A DNA stretch of 56,418 nucleotides, from positions 1 to 56,418 of IMG/VR virus record IMGVR_UViG_3300043296_000188. One strand, 5' to 3'. Positions 39,313 through 47,634 of the stretch are shown piece after piece; position 1 is the first letter of the stretch, and each line of letters starts with the position of its first letter. The notes beneath the pieces were generated by a model that did not search any database, was not told where the DNA came from, and was given only the letters and a program-made list of their open reading frames with translations. Source of the DNA: a virus. Its lineage: Duplodnaviria > Caudoviricetes. The position numbers and the translations under genes are program-made.

Positions 39313-39693
39313 CCATGAAATACATAATTCTAAACATAATAGGCCTACTAATCATAATTTTAATGTCAATTTTAGATGGAGGTATTTAGAATGGAATTTT
39401 ACCGCATAGAGTTCGAAGACGGCTATATCCGATACATAGAGGCATCAAGCTTAGTGGATGCCTACGTAAAAGGTATAGAATCTACTGAAAGCAGGGTTTT
39501 ATCTGTAATCAGCGCAAGAGATTATTTTTATAAGGTGGTGATAAAATGAAAGAGCCAAACATCGAACAACAAACGGCAGAAGTAATAGAACAATACAAAG
39601 ATCTCTTAATCACAAAAGAAGAGTATGAAAAAGCCCTTGACAGGATCGCACACAGGCATGAAGAATATTTAAACCGTACAAAATAAAACAAAT

Positions 39694-39732
39694 AGCCGGA
39701 TGAGTGTTGGCACTGATCCGGCTTTACTTTTT
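39694..39732 (+). terminator. Terminator ending the early island
   Basis: AGCCGGAT...ATCCGGCT stem followed by TTTACTTTT. Confidence 0.6.
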
Positions 39733-39777
39733 CACAATTTGCCAAAGATCAAACTTATTTGTTATGAAAATTTAAAC

Positions 39778-39806
39778 GGGGCCGGTTACTAAGACTAACC
39801 GACCCC
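39778..39806 (-). terminator. Terminator-like hairpin ending minus-strand transcription
   Basis: GGGGTCGGTTA-loop-TAACCGGCCCC followed by GTTTAAATTTT. Confidence 0.55.
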
Positions 39807-39840
39807 TTCTCTGTGGGTTGTTGAAATTAAAGTAAAAAAA

Positions 39841-39894
39841 CTAACATTCTCCAATGGGGCGTTTCACTGTGTTGGTTTTAAACAACATTTTCAT
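39841..39894 (-). CDS. 17-aa peptide MKMLFKTNTVKRPIGEC (not in ORF track)
   Basis: AAAGGAG RBS; TTGACA at 39994-39989 upstream; hairpin downstream. Confidence 0.45.
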   Translation of the reverse strand: MKMLFKTNTVKRPIGEC

Positions 39895-39990
39895 AAAATT
39901 CTCCTTTGCAAAGGTAAATTAATAAAACTTGATTCTATAAATGCCCATTCGGGACTTAAAGTTAATATGTAATCTTTCAACTTGTTTTTG

Positions 39991-40401
39991 TCAAGATTTA
40001 TTTAAATTCATACAAACAGCAGCTTCTTTTAAATTGTCAAAAACCTTGCCGCCATTTTTCTTTACCATGACCGCTAAAGCCCAAAGAGATTTCCATTGCC
40101 CCTCTGTGAATCTTTCTTTTCCATCATTCCGTAATAGAACGAGAATAGTCTTTTCTGGCCTTTTGTTTGAATCGTCTACTACTTCAGCTACAGCATAAAC
40201 ACCAGTCATTTTAGGTGTGAGCGTATAAAGACAAAAACTACAAGTCGCTCTTTCTTCTTTTTCTTTTTCCATACAATCTTCTGTCCAATCATCAACCACC
40301 GGATTAAAATAATCAATATTAAGCTGTGGAATAATTAAATTTCTCCAATTTGACTCGTTACAAGTTCCACCAAGGAACACGCGCGCTTTACTTTTATCCA
40401 T
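39991..40401 (-). CDS. Nucleoside 2-deoxyribosyltransferase-like protein
   Basis: VFLGGTC..SNWR, YFNP.V.DW, AVAE; start moved to ATG 40401 behind GGAGG. Confidence 0.75.
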   Translation of the reverse strand: MDKSKARVFLGGTCNESNWRNLIIPQLNIDYFNPVVDDWTEDCMEKEKEERATCSFCLYTLTPKMTGVYAVAEVVDDSNKRPEKTILVLLRNDGKERFTEGQWKSLWALAVMVKKNGGKVFDNLKEAAVCMNLNKS

Positions 40402-40655
40402 TTTTCTATACCTCCGTCTAATACTATGCACTGTTGTGTGTTTAATACCCGTTTTTGACAAAAGATAAACGCCGGGCATTTGTTAGTCTGTTCGTGTTCA
40501 ACTTCCCGATTAATCATTTGTTTGCCTTCCTCTATAATAAATAAATTGTGTTCGAAGAGGCAGCGCCAGCATGACATAACCTTCGATGGATCACATGAGC
40601 ATTTAGTGTTTTCAACATATTCCCTCGCTAAAGATACTATTTTATCTTTATTCAT
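40335..40655 (-). CDS. Hypothetical Cys-rich protein
   Basis: AGGAGG RBS; CSC..CWRC. Confidence 0.45.
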   Translation of the reverse strand: MNKDKIVSLAREYVENTKCSCDPSKVMSCWRCLFEHNLFIIEEGKQMINREVEHEQTNKCPAFIFCQKRVLNTQQCIVLDGGIEKWIKVKRACSLVELVTSQIGEI

Positions 40656-40707
40656 AAGTCCTCCTAATATGGACATCTACGGCAAGCGAAGCGCTGACCG
40701 CAGAATG

Positions 40708-41226
40708 TTAATAGGTTTCATCATCCCAATTATCATGCATACATGATGGGGCATGTCCATGCTCAGGATTACACCCACACCCACATTTATATTTCAATCT
40801 TGCATTTAATATATTTTTAACCTCATCTACACTACAGCAAATATGATTAAGCATCTTTACCATTAATTCAGGCTCCCCATTTTCGAGCAAAAGAATAGTT
40901 TTTTTACCTTTACCAGCCGCCCAACCCATTTCCAATGAAGCAGAGCGGCCAAACGGTTGGACTCCGACAAAAACTTCGGCCCAAATCATTGCGTCAAGGT
41001 CTAATTTATAACCTTTTTCAGCTATTGGATGGTCAAGGCAATCACAATATTTTTCTGGGGTCCAGTTTTTCCAATCAGGATCGATATCGGACCAATGAAA
41101 ACCTTTGTCGATATTTGACGGGTTTCTAAAATCATAAACATCATGCCCGTCTTCTCTTAAGGATTGCACAATACTTGGCTGAATTTCATTCCTCCAACTA
41201 CTTGCTACATAAATTCTTCTTTTCAT
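40708..41226 (-). CDS. Nucleoside deoxyribosyltransferase/TIR-like fold protein
   Basis: IYVASSWRN, GHDVYDF, D..AM.WA, GRSASLEMGWA.G.GK. Confidence 0.75.
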   Translation of the reverse strand: MKRRIYVASSWRNEIQPSIVQSLREDGHDVYDFRNPSNIDKGFHWSDIDPDWKNWTPEKYCDCLDHPIAEKGYKLDLDAMIWAEVFVGVQPFGRSASLEMGWAAGKGKKTILLLENGEPELMVKMLNHICCSVDEVKNILNARLKYKCGCGCNPEHGHAPSCMHDNWDDETY

Positions 41227-41304
41227 AGTTCGTTCCTTTCTTTTAAAAGTTAAGCGGTTTACCAGCTTTTAATATTTTAGTACAGGTTTGTTTTATTATC
41301 TGTA

Positions 41305-41676
41305 TCATAATAAAGTTATTTCAACATTAGCATATCCAGGATGATTATAACCCATAAATTCAAATGATACCGATTTTACATATTTACAACTATCATCTTT
41401 AATTATCTGTCTTTTAACAAGGGCATCTTGAAAGAATTTATCGAGTACAGATCCTATATTCATCAAATCGCTATTCTTTTTTGGATATATTTCATAATGT
41501 ATATGAACCGGGCCTGAAAATTCACCATTTACATTCTGAGTCATAAACCACTCTGTGAACCATTTTTTAGCCCTTGCTATCGTTTTTGGGTTTGTGTCCC
41601 TGTATTGGTTCTGATTCAACCAAAACCATTTATTAGCTGACTTTCTTGCTCTTATTGGTATGTTTCTTATTATCAT
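41305..41676 (-). CDS. rusA: RusA-like Holliday junction resolvase
   Basis: DLMN...DKFFQDALV...IKDD. Confidence 0.8.
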   Translation of the reverse strand: MIIRNIPIRARKSANKWFWLNQNQYRDTNPKTIARAKKWFTEWFMTQNVNGEFSGPVHIHYEIYPKKNSDLMNIGSVLDKFFQDALVKRQIIKDDSCKYVKSVSFEFMGYNHPGYANVEITLL

Positions 41677-41906
41677 TCTGAATCCTTTATTATTGTTTTA
41701 AAATTCAAAATAGTAACACTCGCTGTCTGAAAACCGATCCTACCACAAACAGTTTCACTAATCATTGTTTCAATTTTGCATAATTCTTCTTCAGATGTAG
41801 GTTCTTCAACCTCAAGAAATATATTTCCAAAATCTTCATGCATCTGGCCACTCTCATATGGTGCTAAAAAATGATAGCTTACGAATAACTTTTTCATACT
41901 GGCCAC
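41673..41906 (-). CDS. Hypothetical protein
   Basis: Coupled 77-aa ORF. Confidence 0.5.
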   Translation of the reverse strand: MASMKKLFVSYHFLAPYESGQMHEDFGNIFLEVEEPTSEEELCKIETMISETVCGRIGFQTASVTILNFKTIIKDSE

Positions 41907-42094
41907 CTCCCCTCTTTTCTAAGCTGTTCAACTTCTAAATCTTCCCATTCCCATGCTGGCATAGTTAACCCACAATATCCGCATTTATGAAGACCGTTAC
42001 CATCTACCCAAATCCAAGTTATTTTGTATTGATTTCTACTATGGCAATTTTTACAAGGGCAGTGTTGTATTCCTGAACAGTTTGGGCAACTCAT
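41894..42094 (-). CDS. Small Zn-finger protein
   Basis: CPNC, CPCKNC, CGYC. Confidence 0.6.
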   Translation of the reverse strand: MSCPNCSGIQHCPCKNCHSRNQYKITWIWVDGNGLHKCGYCGLTMPAWEWEDLEVEQLRKEGRWPV

Positions 42095-42477
42095 AATATT
42101 TTCCCCAATTTAATCACAAAATAATTAACCCCAGACTTTGTGCCCCATTCTTCTCGACCCTTGCCAACCTCAAGGCTTTTATATTCTTTATTAAAACATG
42201 GGGCTGCTTTACCTTTTCGTTTCATACCGTTCTTAAAAAATACTTGATCAAAATCTTTTGGCTTTAATTCAAGACAGGTCTCAAATTCTTCGGGCAATAT
42301 TTCAGTATTTTTCATAATATCTAAAAGTATTTTTTTAGCAGAAGGATTAAAAATGTTCCAGTTTTCAATTAATCTAACAGACCAATAATCTGTTATTTCC
42401 CGGTACTCTTCTGGTTTTTCTCCGGACTGGATCATGTCGAACCAGATTTTAATGAGATTTAAGTGAAGGGTTTTCAA
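42091..42477 (-). CDS. ASCH/PUA-like domain protein
   Basis: LHLNL..IWFDMI.SGEK.EEYR, F.NG, YFVIKLG. Confidence 0.8.
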   Translation of the reverse strand: MKTLHLNLIKIWFDMIQSGEKPEEYREITDYWSVRLIENWNIFNPSAKKILLDIMKNTEILPEEFETCLELKPKDFDQVFFKNGMKRKGKAAPCFNKEYKSLEVGKGREEWGTKSGVNYFVIKLGKIL

Positions 42478-42563
42478 TTTTCTCTCCTTTCTTCCTTTCG
42501 GCGGTCTGCTGCATAAAGAGCTTCTTTTCTTTGCCGACGGTCTGTCTTGCTTCTTTCTTTCAT
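42474..42563 (-). CDS. 29-aa Arg-rich peptide (not in ORF track)
   Basis: MKERSKTDRRQRKEALYAADRRKEERREN; AGGAG RBS; coupled at both ends. Confidence 0.5.
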   Translation of the reverse strand: MKERSKTDRRQRKEALYAADRRKEERREN

Positions 42564-43033
42564 TTGTTTTCTCCTGGTAGTAGCTCAGGGTTTTGGTGGA
42601 TATTCCCTATGATTTCATATTCCTTTGACCCAATCAGATTAAGAAAATAAAGCGCTTTATTATATTCTAGTGGTTCAATATTATATTTTTCCCAAAGATG
42701 AACTATTTTTACCACAGCCTGATATGAACCAAATAATCCAAACTCTACTAAACAAATAAGTTCCATTTTTTGTACTTGGTTTTCATGGTTAAAAATAATT
42801 AAAATATCACCCTCATAAATCTCTTTTCCGTTCTTGTCTTTTAGTCCGGTGTATTGCATTAATACTGTATTTTTATTTTCAAGCCCAAACTCATTCCAAG
42901 AAACATACCCACCATCTGTAAAATTAAAATCATCTTTATCCTGTAAATTACCAAGTGTGAAACTTTCTGTCATTACATCAATTTTATCATCTCCAAATTT
43001 TGGTCTAAATGCTCTAAATTTTATTTCTTTCAC
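42560..43033 (-). CDS. YopX-family protein
   Basis: EIKFRA, MQYTGLKDKNGKEIYEGDI, IIGNIHQNPELL. Confidence 0.9.
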   Translation of the reverse strand: MKEIKFRAFRPKFGDDKIDVMTESFTLGNLQDKDDFNFTDGGYVSWNEFGLENKNTVLMQYTGLKDKNGKEIYEGDILIIFNHENQVQKMELICLVEFGLFGSYQAVVKIVHLWEKYNIEPLEYNKALYFLNLIGSKEYEIIGNIHQNPELLPGENK

Positions 43034-43057
43034 TTGTGGCCTCCTGGTTGTTGGGTT

Positions 43058-43384
43058 TCAAAATGGTATATCATCGTCTGGTATTGGTTGTTGGCTCTGC
43101 TGCTGGTTTGTTTGGCTATTCTGCTGGTTTGTTTGGCTATTCTGCTGATTGCCTTGTTGCAACCCATAAAACACCTTTGTATTCCCAAGTATCGGAGTTT
43201 TAACACCCTGTTCTTTTTCTTCTTTTGATACTGACTGGCTTATAAATCCATGATCACCGTATTCTGATTCATTATCCGTGTCAATAAAGGTTGTAAGATC
43301 GATATATTTCCCTTTCTTACCAACAAATATTCTTGACTTGTCAATTTTTGTAACATCAATTTTTATGCTAATTCCTAATTTCAT
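43058..43384 (-). CDS. Single-stranded DNA-binding protein-like
   Basis: Gln/Asn-rich linker (21-bp tandem repeat at 43100-43147) and acidic DDDIPF tail. Confidence 0.7.
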   Translation of the reverse strand: MKLGISIKIDVTKIDKSRIFVGKKGKYIDLTTFIDTDNESEYGDHGFISQSVSKEEKEQGVKTPILGNTKVFYGLQQGNQQNSQTNQQNSQTNQQQSQQPIPDDDIPF

Positions 43385-43923
43385 TTATTACCTCCTGGTA
43401 AAAGTTGTTTTAAATTTTCAATCGGTATCGTACCCGGTGAGCATTCAAGCAAAGCAACATCCTCTTTTTTATAATCAAGATAAGCCTCGACAAATTCTTT
43501 CCTGAACCATTTAAAAGTTGGATCTTTAACACTCTCTTGGTCAAGCTTTATAAATGACCATCTACGGGTTAATAAATGCTGTGTGATAGGATCATGGAAC
43601 TGTGCCACACATTCCCTACCAAGCCTACTTAAATTCCTTAGAACCTTATCACATTCAAGATTAGCAGTTATTTTTGTGTCTATCTTTCCTGATACTTTTT
43701 CAATTGCACGAATAATTTCTCTGGTTGTGGGTACGGCAGGAAATGTATTCTCACGATTCTTCAAAAGCCATGTTGTAGCTTTTGATATATCGTCAAGATC
43801 ATATTGTTTCAAAGCTTCAAATCTTACAACAAGACCGTCTTTAGACATTTCACCGCCGAAATCTTCAGCTAATCCATACATCCTAACGGCAAACGCTTTT
43901 TTTGTTTCAATATTATCTTTCAT
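43381..43923 (-). CDS. Replication protein, helicase-loader/P-like position (DUF6475-like)
   Basis: Follows initiator; ALK.Y....I..A, FP..P, F.DP, KWFRKEF..AY. Confidence 0.55.
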   Translation of the reverse strand: MKDNIETKKAFAVRMYGLAEDFGGEMSKDGLVVRFEALKQYDLDDISKATTWLLKNRENTFPAVPTTREIIRAIEKVSGKIDTKITANLECDKVLRNLSRLGRECVAQFHDPITQHLLTRRWSFIKLDQESVKDPTFKWFRKEFVEAYLDYKKEDVALLECSPGTIPIENLKQLLPGGNK

Positions 43924-44722
43924 TTCCAGCTCCGTTTATAAATTCTTGACATGCTTGTTTGTTTTTATCTGATCTTGATGGAAAATTATTATTTGGTTTA
44001 TTATTTTTAAAATAAGAAGGATCTGGTTTTAACCATTCATTTTGCATAGCTTTGTCAATACATTCAGAAATAAACATTCCTGCATCCCGGCAACCATTTA
44101 AAGATTTTATCAATCCATCAATTCCATATTCAGTGTTGTATGGTTGTTTTTTATTTTTTATTTTTGTTTCCATACGATATTTATAAAATTCAAATATCTT
44201 GTCTTTATTTTCAAAGAGGTTATTCTCTATTATTTTATCCTGAAGATAATCTGTAAAATCTAATTTCTTTAGAGTCTTTTTCTTTTCTTTATTATCGTTC
44301 TTATCGTTCTTATCGTTCTTGTTAGGTGTTGCTGCTTTGTTGCTGCTTTGTTGCTCTATTGTTGCTATCTTTGTTGCTTTTTTATTTTTCGGTTGGTAAC
44401 TACCCCAATTTATTATAGTAATCAGTCGACCAGCCTTTGTTGCTTTGTTTGTTGCAAAATGAAGTTTTGTTAACCGTTTTAAACAAGACCTGATATTTTG
44501 TATTGATATTCCTTTACCTGTTTTTTTACGGATTGATTCAAGGGAAGTGACAAATTGGCCGGGATTCACATTGAACTTTTCGCCCATCCATTCCCATTCT
44601 GCCGGTTCGTGATTTGCAAGAAGCAAGAGTGTTATTAAAATAGATTTATGTTCAGGAGTAGAATTGAGCCAGATAGGTTTTTTGATTAACATGCGATAAA
44701 GTTTGATGTAACTATTATCCAT
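43913..44722 (-). CDS. Replication initiator (O-like, N-terminal HTH)
   Basis: YIKLYR....PIW, LLLLANH, GQFVTS, ITIINW..YQ; iterons in the linker. Confidence 0.8.
   Translation of the reverse strand: MDNSYIKLYRMLIKKPIWLNSTPEHKSILITLLLLANHEPAEWEWMGEKFNVNPGQFVTSLESIRKKTGKGISIQNIRSCLKRLTKLHFATNKATKAGRLITIINWGSYQPKNKKATKIATIEQQSSNKAATPNKNDKNDKNDNKEKKKTLKKLDFTDYLQDKIIENNLFENKDKIFEFYKYRMETKIKNKKQPYNTEYGIDGLIKSLNGCRDAGMFISECIDKAMQNEWLKPDPSYFKNNKPNNNFPSRSDKNKQACQEFINGAGNER
44292..44456. repeat. Iteron cluster / probable replication origin inside the initiator gene
   Basis: TGTTGCT at 44327, 44338, 44349, 44360, 44372 (11-12 bp period), plus 44438 and TGTTGCA at 44450; TTATCGTTC x3 at 44292-44318. 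Confidence 0.7.
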
Positions 44723-44949
44723 TATTCAACCCTTGTGTTCCATGCTTCAATAGCAAGCTTTGAGTTACTATATCCAGCACCCCAAACATCGTGTACGGGA
44801 CAGGATTCATCTTCACATCCGATTTGCCATAATGTATGACCGTTAACTTTTGGATAATGTTCATTTAAAAATGGGGCTGACCCACAAAACGGGCAAGGTT
44901 TTAAATTTTCTTTTGATTTTTTCGTAGATTTTTCAGGCATGTTTTTCAT
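44722..44949 (-). CDS. Lar-family restriction alleviation-like Zn-ribbon protein
   Basis: LKPCPFCG...C....C...AIEAWNTR. Confidence 0.8.
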   Translation of the reverse strand: MKNMPEKSTKKSKENLKPCPFCGSAPFLNEHYPKVNGHTLWQIGCEDESCPVHDVWGAGYSNSKLAIEAWNTRVE

Positions 44950-45061
44950 AACCTCCCACAGTTATTCCCGTTATATGATTTAATCTCCGCGTGATGTCTC
45001 GTTGGGAATTCAAGCAAAGGTCCAATTAAGACCACCATCACTTTATGCGAAAACTATATTA

Positions 45062-45090
45062 ATATTACACTTAACAAATAAAAATTGCAA
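45062..45090 (-). promoter_or_regulatory. Sigma70-type promoter for the Lar/replication operon
   Basis: TTGCAA-17-TAATAT on minus strand. Confidence 0.55.
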
Positions 45091-45094
45091 GAGT

Positions 45095-45322
45095 CTATTC
45101 CTTTTCTTCTTGTTTAAAAATCTCTTTTTGTTGATCGACCATACAAGACCTTGAAAATTCAGCCCGGCCCCTTTCATAATCCAAAATCTCTAATCGATGA
45201 CTCCGCTTTTTAATTTCGTATTTTTCAACCAAAATCTGCTCGTCTATTTCTTTAATAAACTTATCAAAAACATCAAGCATATTGTTTGTTATTTCTAAAA
45301 CCTTTTCTTCTTCCATACTCAC
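45095..45322 (-). CDS. Small coiled-coil protein
   Basis: AAGGAG RBS. Confidence 0.55.
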   Translation of the reverse strand: MSMEEEKVLEITNNMLDVFDKFIKEIDEQILVEKYEIKKRSHRLEILDYERGRAEFSRSCMVDQQKEIFKQEEKE

Positions 45323-45373
45323 TCCTTATATTTTAAATTATTTCTTACTTTCTTTCAAAAATCTCAACCCTTT

Positions 45374-45862
45374 TTAAACCCTAATACCAATCATATCACG
45401 ATGGAACTTAAATAAATTATCCGCCGGAATACAGGCAATCCCTCTCAAGGCTGCTTGCTCTAAAGTTAATGCTGCTTTTGGACTTCGAAACACCTTCATA
45501 TTTTCTTGTTCAAACCGGATTGGAGTCGAATTTTTTAATGGTTCGGATTTTTTAACACAAGCCTTTTCAAGTGCCTTGATTATTCTTTTCTCTTTAGCTT
45601 TTTTCTTACTGTTTATTATTCCACAAGGCCTGCATCTTTCCGAAAGCCCACCATTGCCAGGATCAAAACTGCTGATTTTTCCGCAGTCAATGCATTTTAC
45701 TATTCTTTCAATTATAAACTTTGGATGATCCGGGCAGGCATTGATTAAAGGTTGACGACTGTTTACTGCATCGTATCGTTTTCTTTTTATGACTTGGCTT
45801 TTTTCAAGTATGCAACCGCAAGATGCTAGATAGTATATTGTTCCTGGTTTACATTTTATCAT
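45374..45862 (-). CDS. Cys-rich Zn-finger protein (start moved to ATG 45862)
   Basis: CGC, CPDH, CIDC, CRPC; GAGG RBS. Confidence 0.6.
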   Translation of the reverse strand: MIKCKPGTIYYLASCGCILEKSQVIKRKRYDAVNSRQPLINACPDHPKFIIERIVKCIDCGKISSFDPGNGGLSERCRPCGIINSKKKAKEKRIIKALEKACVKKSEPLKNSTPIRFEQENMKVFRSPKAALTLEQAALRGIACIPADNLFKFHRDMIGIRV

Positions 45863-45880
45863 GACTCGCCTCTTAAAGTT

Positions 45881-45950
45881 TGGTTCCCCTGCCTGAAGTC
45901 TACCCCAGGATGGCCGAGTATCATGCAACAAACAAGTGGTTGCCAGGGGA
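45881..45950 (-). ncRNA. tRNA-like structured element ending in ACCA
   Basis: 7-bp stem TCCCCTG/CAGGGGA plus A-CCA; two internal hairpins; no canonical anticodon arm. Confidence 0.4.
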
Positions 45951-45956
45951 AGGGGG

Positions 45957-47021
45957 TTAATATAATATTTTAAGGAACTCAATCTCACCTTTTGCAGTTG
46001 CAATGATAATTTTCTTTGCTGTTTCTTTATCAATATTCAAAGTCATTAATCCATCTTTGATTTTGTTATTCACATGTGCCTGGTGGCGAGTGTTGGCTGC
46101 TTTCTTTTCAGCTATCCGGTTTTCTTCGGCAATTCGTCTTTCCTCTGCATCTTTTTCAGCCTTGACTTTTGCTGTTGCATCTTCCTGGGCCTTTTTAACG
46201 GCGGCTTCCTGGTTGGCTTTGGCTTGTTCTTCTGCTGCTATACGGTCGCTCTCAATCTTTTCTTTTTCTCTTCTATCAATCTCTTTTTTGACTTTAATTA
46301 TCAAAGCATCAAAATCATCATCATTTAATGTTTTGAACTCAACAACAGAAATATTAATATCATCTTTTGTCCATTGTTTATCATCAGAATCAATTACAAG
46401 CCCAAGATCTGTGATTCTTTTTATTTTTGACCATTTGATTTCTTCAGATGCATTAAATTTTGCTTGATCTTCAGCTTCTTTTTTAATTCGGACTTCATTT
46501 TCAATCCGGTCTTTTTCTGCCTGTTCAGCTTGTTCCTTTGCAATTCGCTCTTCTTCGGCCTGAGCCATTTCAGCTTCTTTGCGAGCCATTTCTTTTTCCC
46601 GGTTAAAAAGATCTTCCATTCCAAGAGCTTCTTCATGATCCATGTCAATTTCAATCTGTAGGCGTTCAGCCGCTTTTTTGACATCTTCTGCTGCTTCCCA
46701 CTCGGTTAATGGTATACGGACATCAATCTTGATTTCATCCATAGTATCCCGGTATTTTTTGCACTCAGAATCAATAACTTTCAAAGCAGCTTTTTTGTCT
46801 GAAACAAACTTCACACGAGCTTTGTCTATAAAAGTCTTTGATTTCCCAACGTCTGAAGCGAAAGTGCGGAGTTCGTCACGATTTTTTTTGACTGACATAT
46901 CAAGTTTTTTAGCTTTGATTTCTTTAACCTTTTCGCGCACTCCTGCTAAGATTGGATCAAGGCCTTTTGGCACGAAAACTTCTGACGGTGTGATTGCTTT
47001 TGTAATTAATGCTGTTGTCAT
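45957..47021 (-). CDS. Coiled-coil recombination-cluster protein
   Basis: VGKSKT.ID, R.PLTEWE, Glu/Lys/Ala-rich coil; next to ERF and YqaJ. Confidence 0.65.
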   Translation of the reverse strand: MTTALITKAITPSEVFVPKGLDPILAGVREKVKEIKAKKLDMSVKKNRDELRTFASDVGKSKTFIDKARVKFVSDKKAALKVIDSECKKYRDTMDEIKIDVRIPLTEWEAAEDVKKAAERLQIEIDMDHEEALGMEDLFNREKEMARKEAEMAQAEEERIAKEQAEQAEKDRIENEVRIKKEAEDQAKFNASEEIKWSKIKRITDLGLVIDSDDKQWTKDDINISVVEFKTLNDDDFDALIIKVKKEIDRREKEKIESDRIAAEEQAKANQEAAVKKAQEDATAKVKAEKDAEERRIAEENRIAEKKAANTRHQAHVNNKIKDGLMTLNIDKETAKKIIIATAKGEIEFLKILY

Positions 47022-47025
47022 GGTT

Positions 47026-47634
47026 TTATCCTTTTAATCTGGTTATAAGTTTATCAAGGTCGTTCAAGAATAATATTGTCTCAATTTTTATTTTTTTGAT
47101 TAGGACTTCATCTCGATCAATCGGAATAAATAACGGTTCTACACCTGGGAAATAGCTCATAAACCACCATCTATTCCACCCGGTGATAGCAAGGCCTTTT
47201 TGAACCTGAAGTATATATTCTATCGGCAATTCTGGTTCTTTCAAATACCCATCATGAGTTTCAAGCATTGGGCATTTGATCTCTAAACCAAATTTTACTT
47301 TTTGATTAAACCCATCCGGGGAAACATGGCTTCTCCTTTTATCGGTATCGAAGATCATCGCGCATTCTTCAATTTCTACACCATGAACCATCGAAAAGAC
47401 TTCTCTCGCCTCTGGTTCAAATTCTGTTCCCCATTTCATATCATAAGATGGATATATAGGTTTTGTACGTCTTGTTATATGTTCACTTGCCTTTTTATAA
47501 AGGTATTTGATCTTGCTTTTCGATGGTTTACCGGTGCTGGTTATGTAGTTTTTGGTCCTGGTGCCACCGATAGAATCAAGTTTTGCATCGAACCACTCAG
47601 GATCATGTTGCTTGAATGATTGCTCTATTATCAT
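47026..47634 (-). CDS. YqaJ/lambda-exonuclease-family nuclease
   Basis: EWF, MKWG.EFEPEAR, SPDG, LEIKCP, Y.LQVQ. Confidence 0.9.
   Translation of the reverse strand: MIIEQSFKQHDPEWFDAKLDSIGGTRTKNYITSTGKPSKSKIKYLYKKASEHITRRTKPIYPSYDMKWGTEFEPEAREVFSMVHGVEIEECAMIFDTDKRRSHVSPDGFNQKVKFGLEIKCPMLETHDGYLKEPELPIEYILQVQKGLAITGWNRWWFMSYFPGVEPLFIPIDRDEVLIKKIKIETILFLNDLDKLITRLKG

Noticed and set aside
43100-43147. 21-bp tandem repeat as CRISPR or regulatory array
   Set aside because: No spacers; it is an in-frame duplication encoding the Gln/Asn linker of the SSB-like protein
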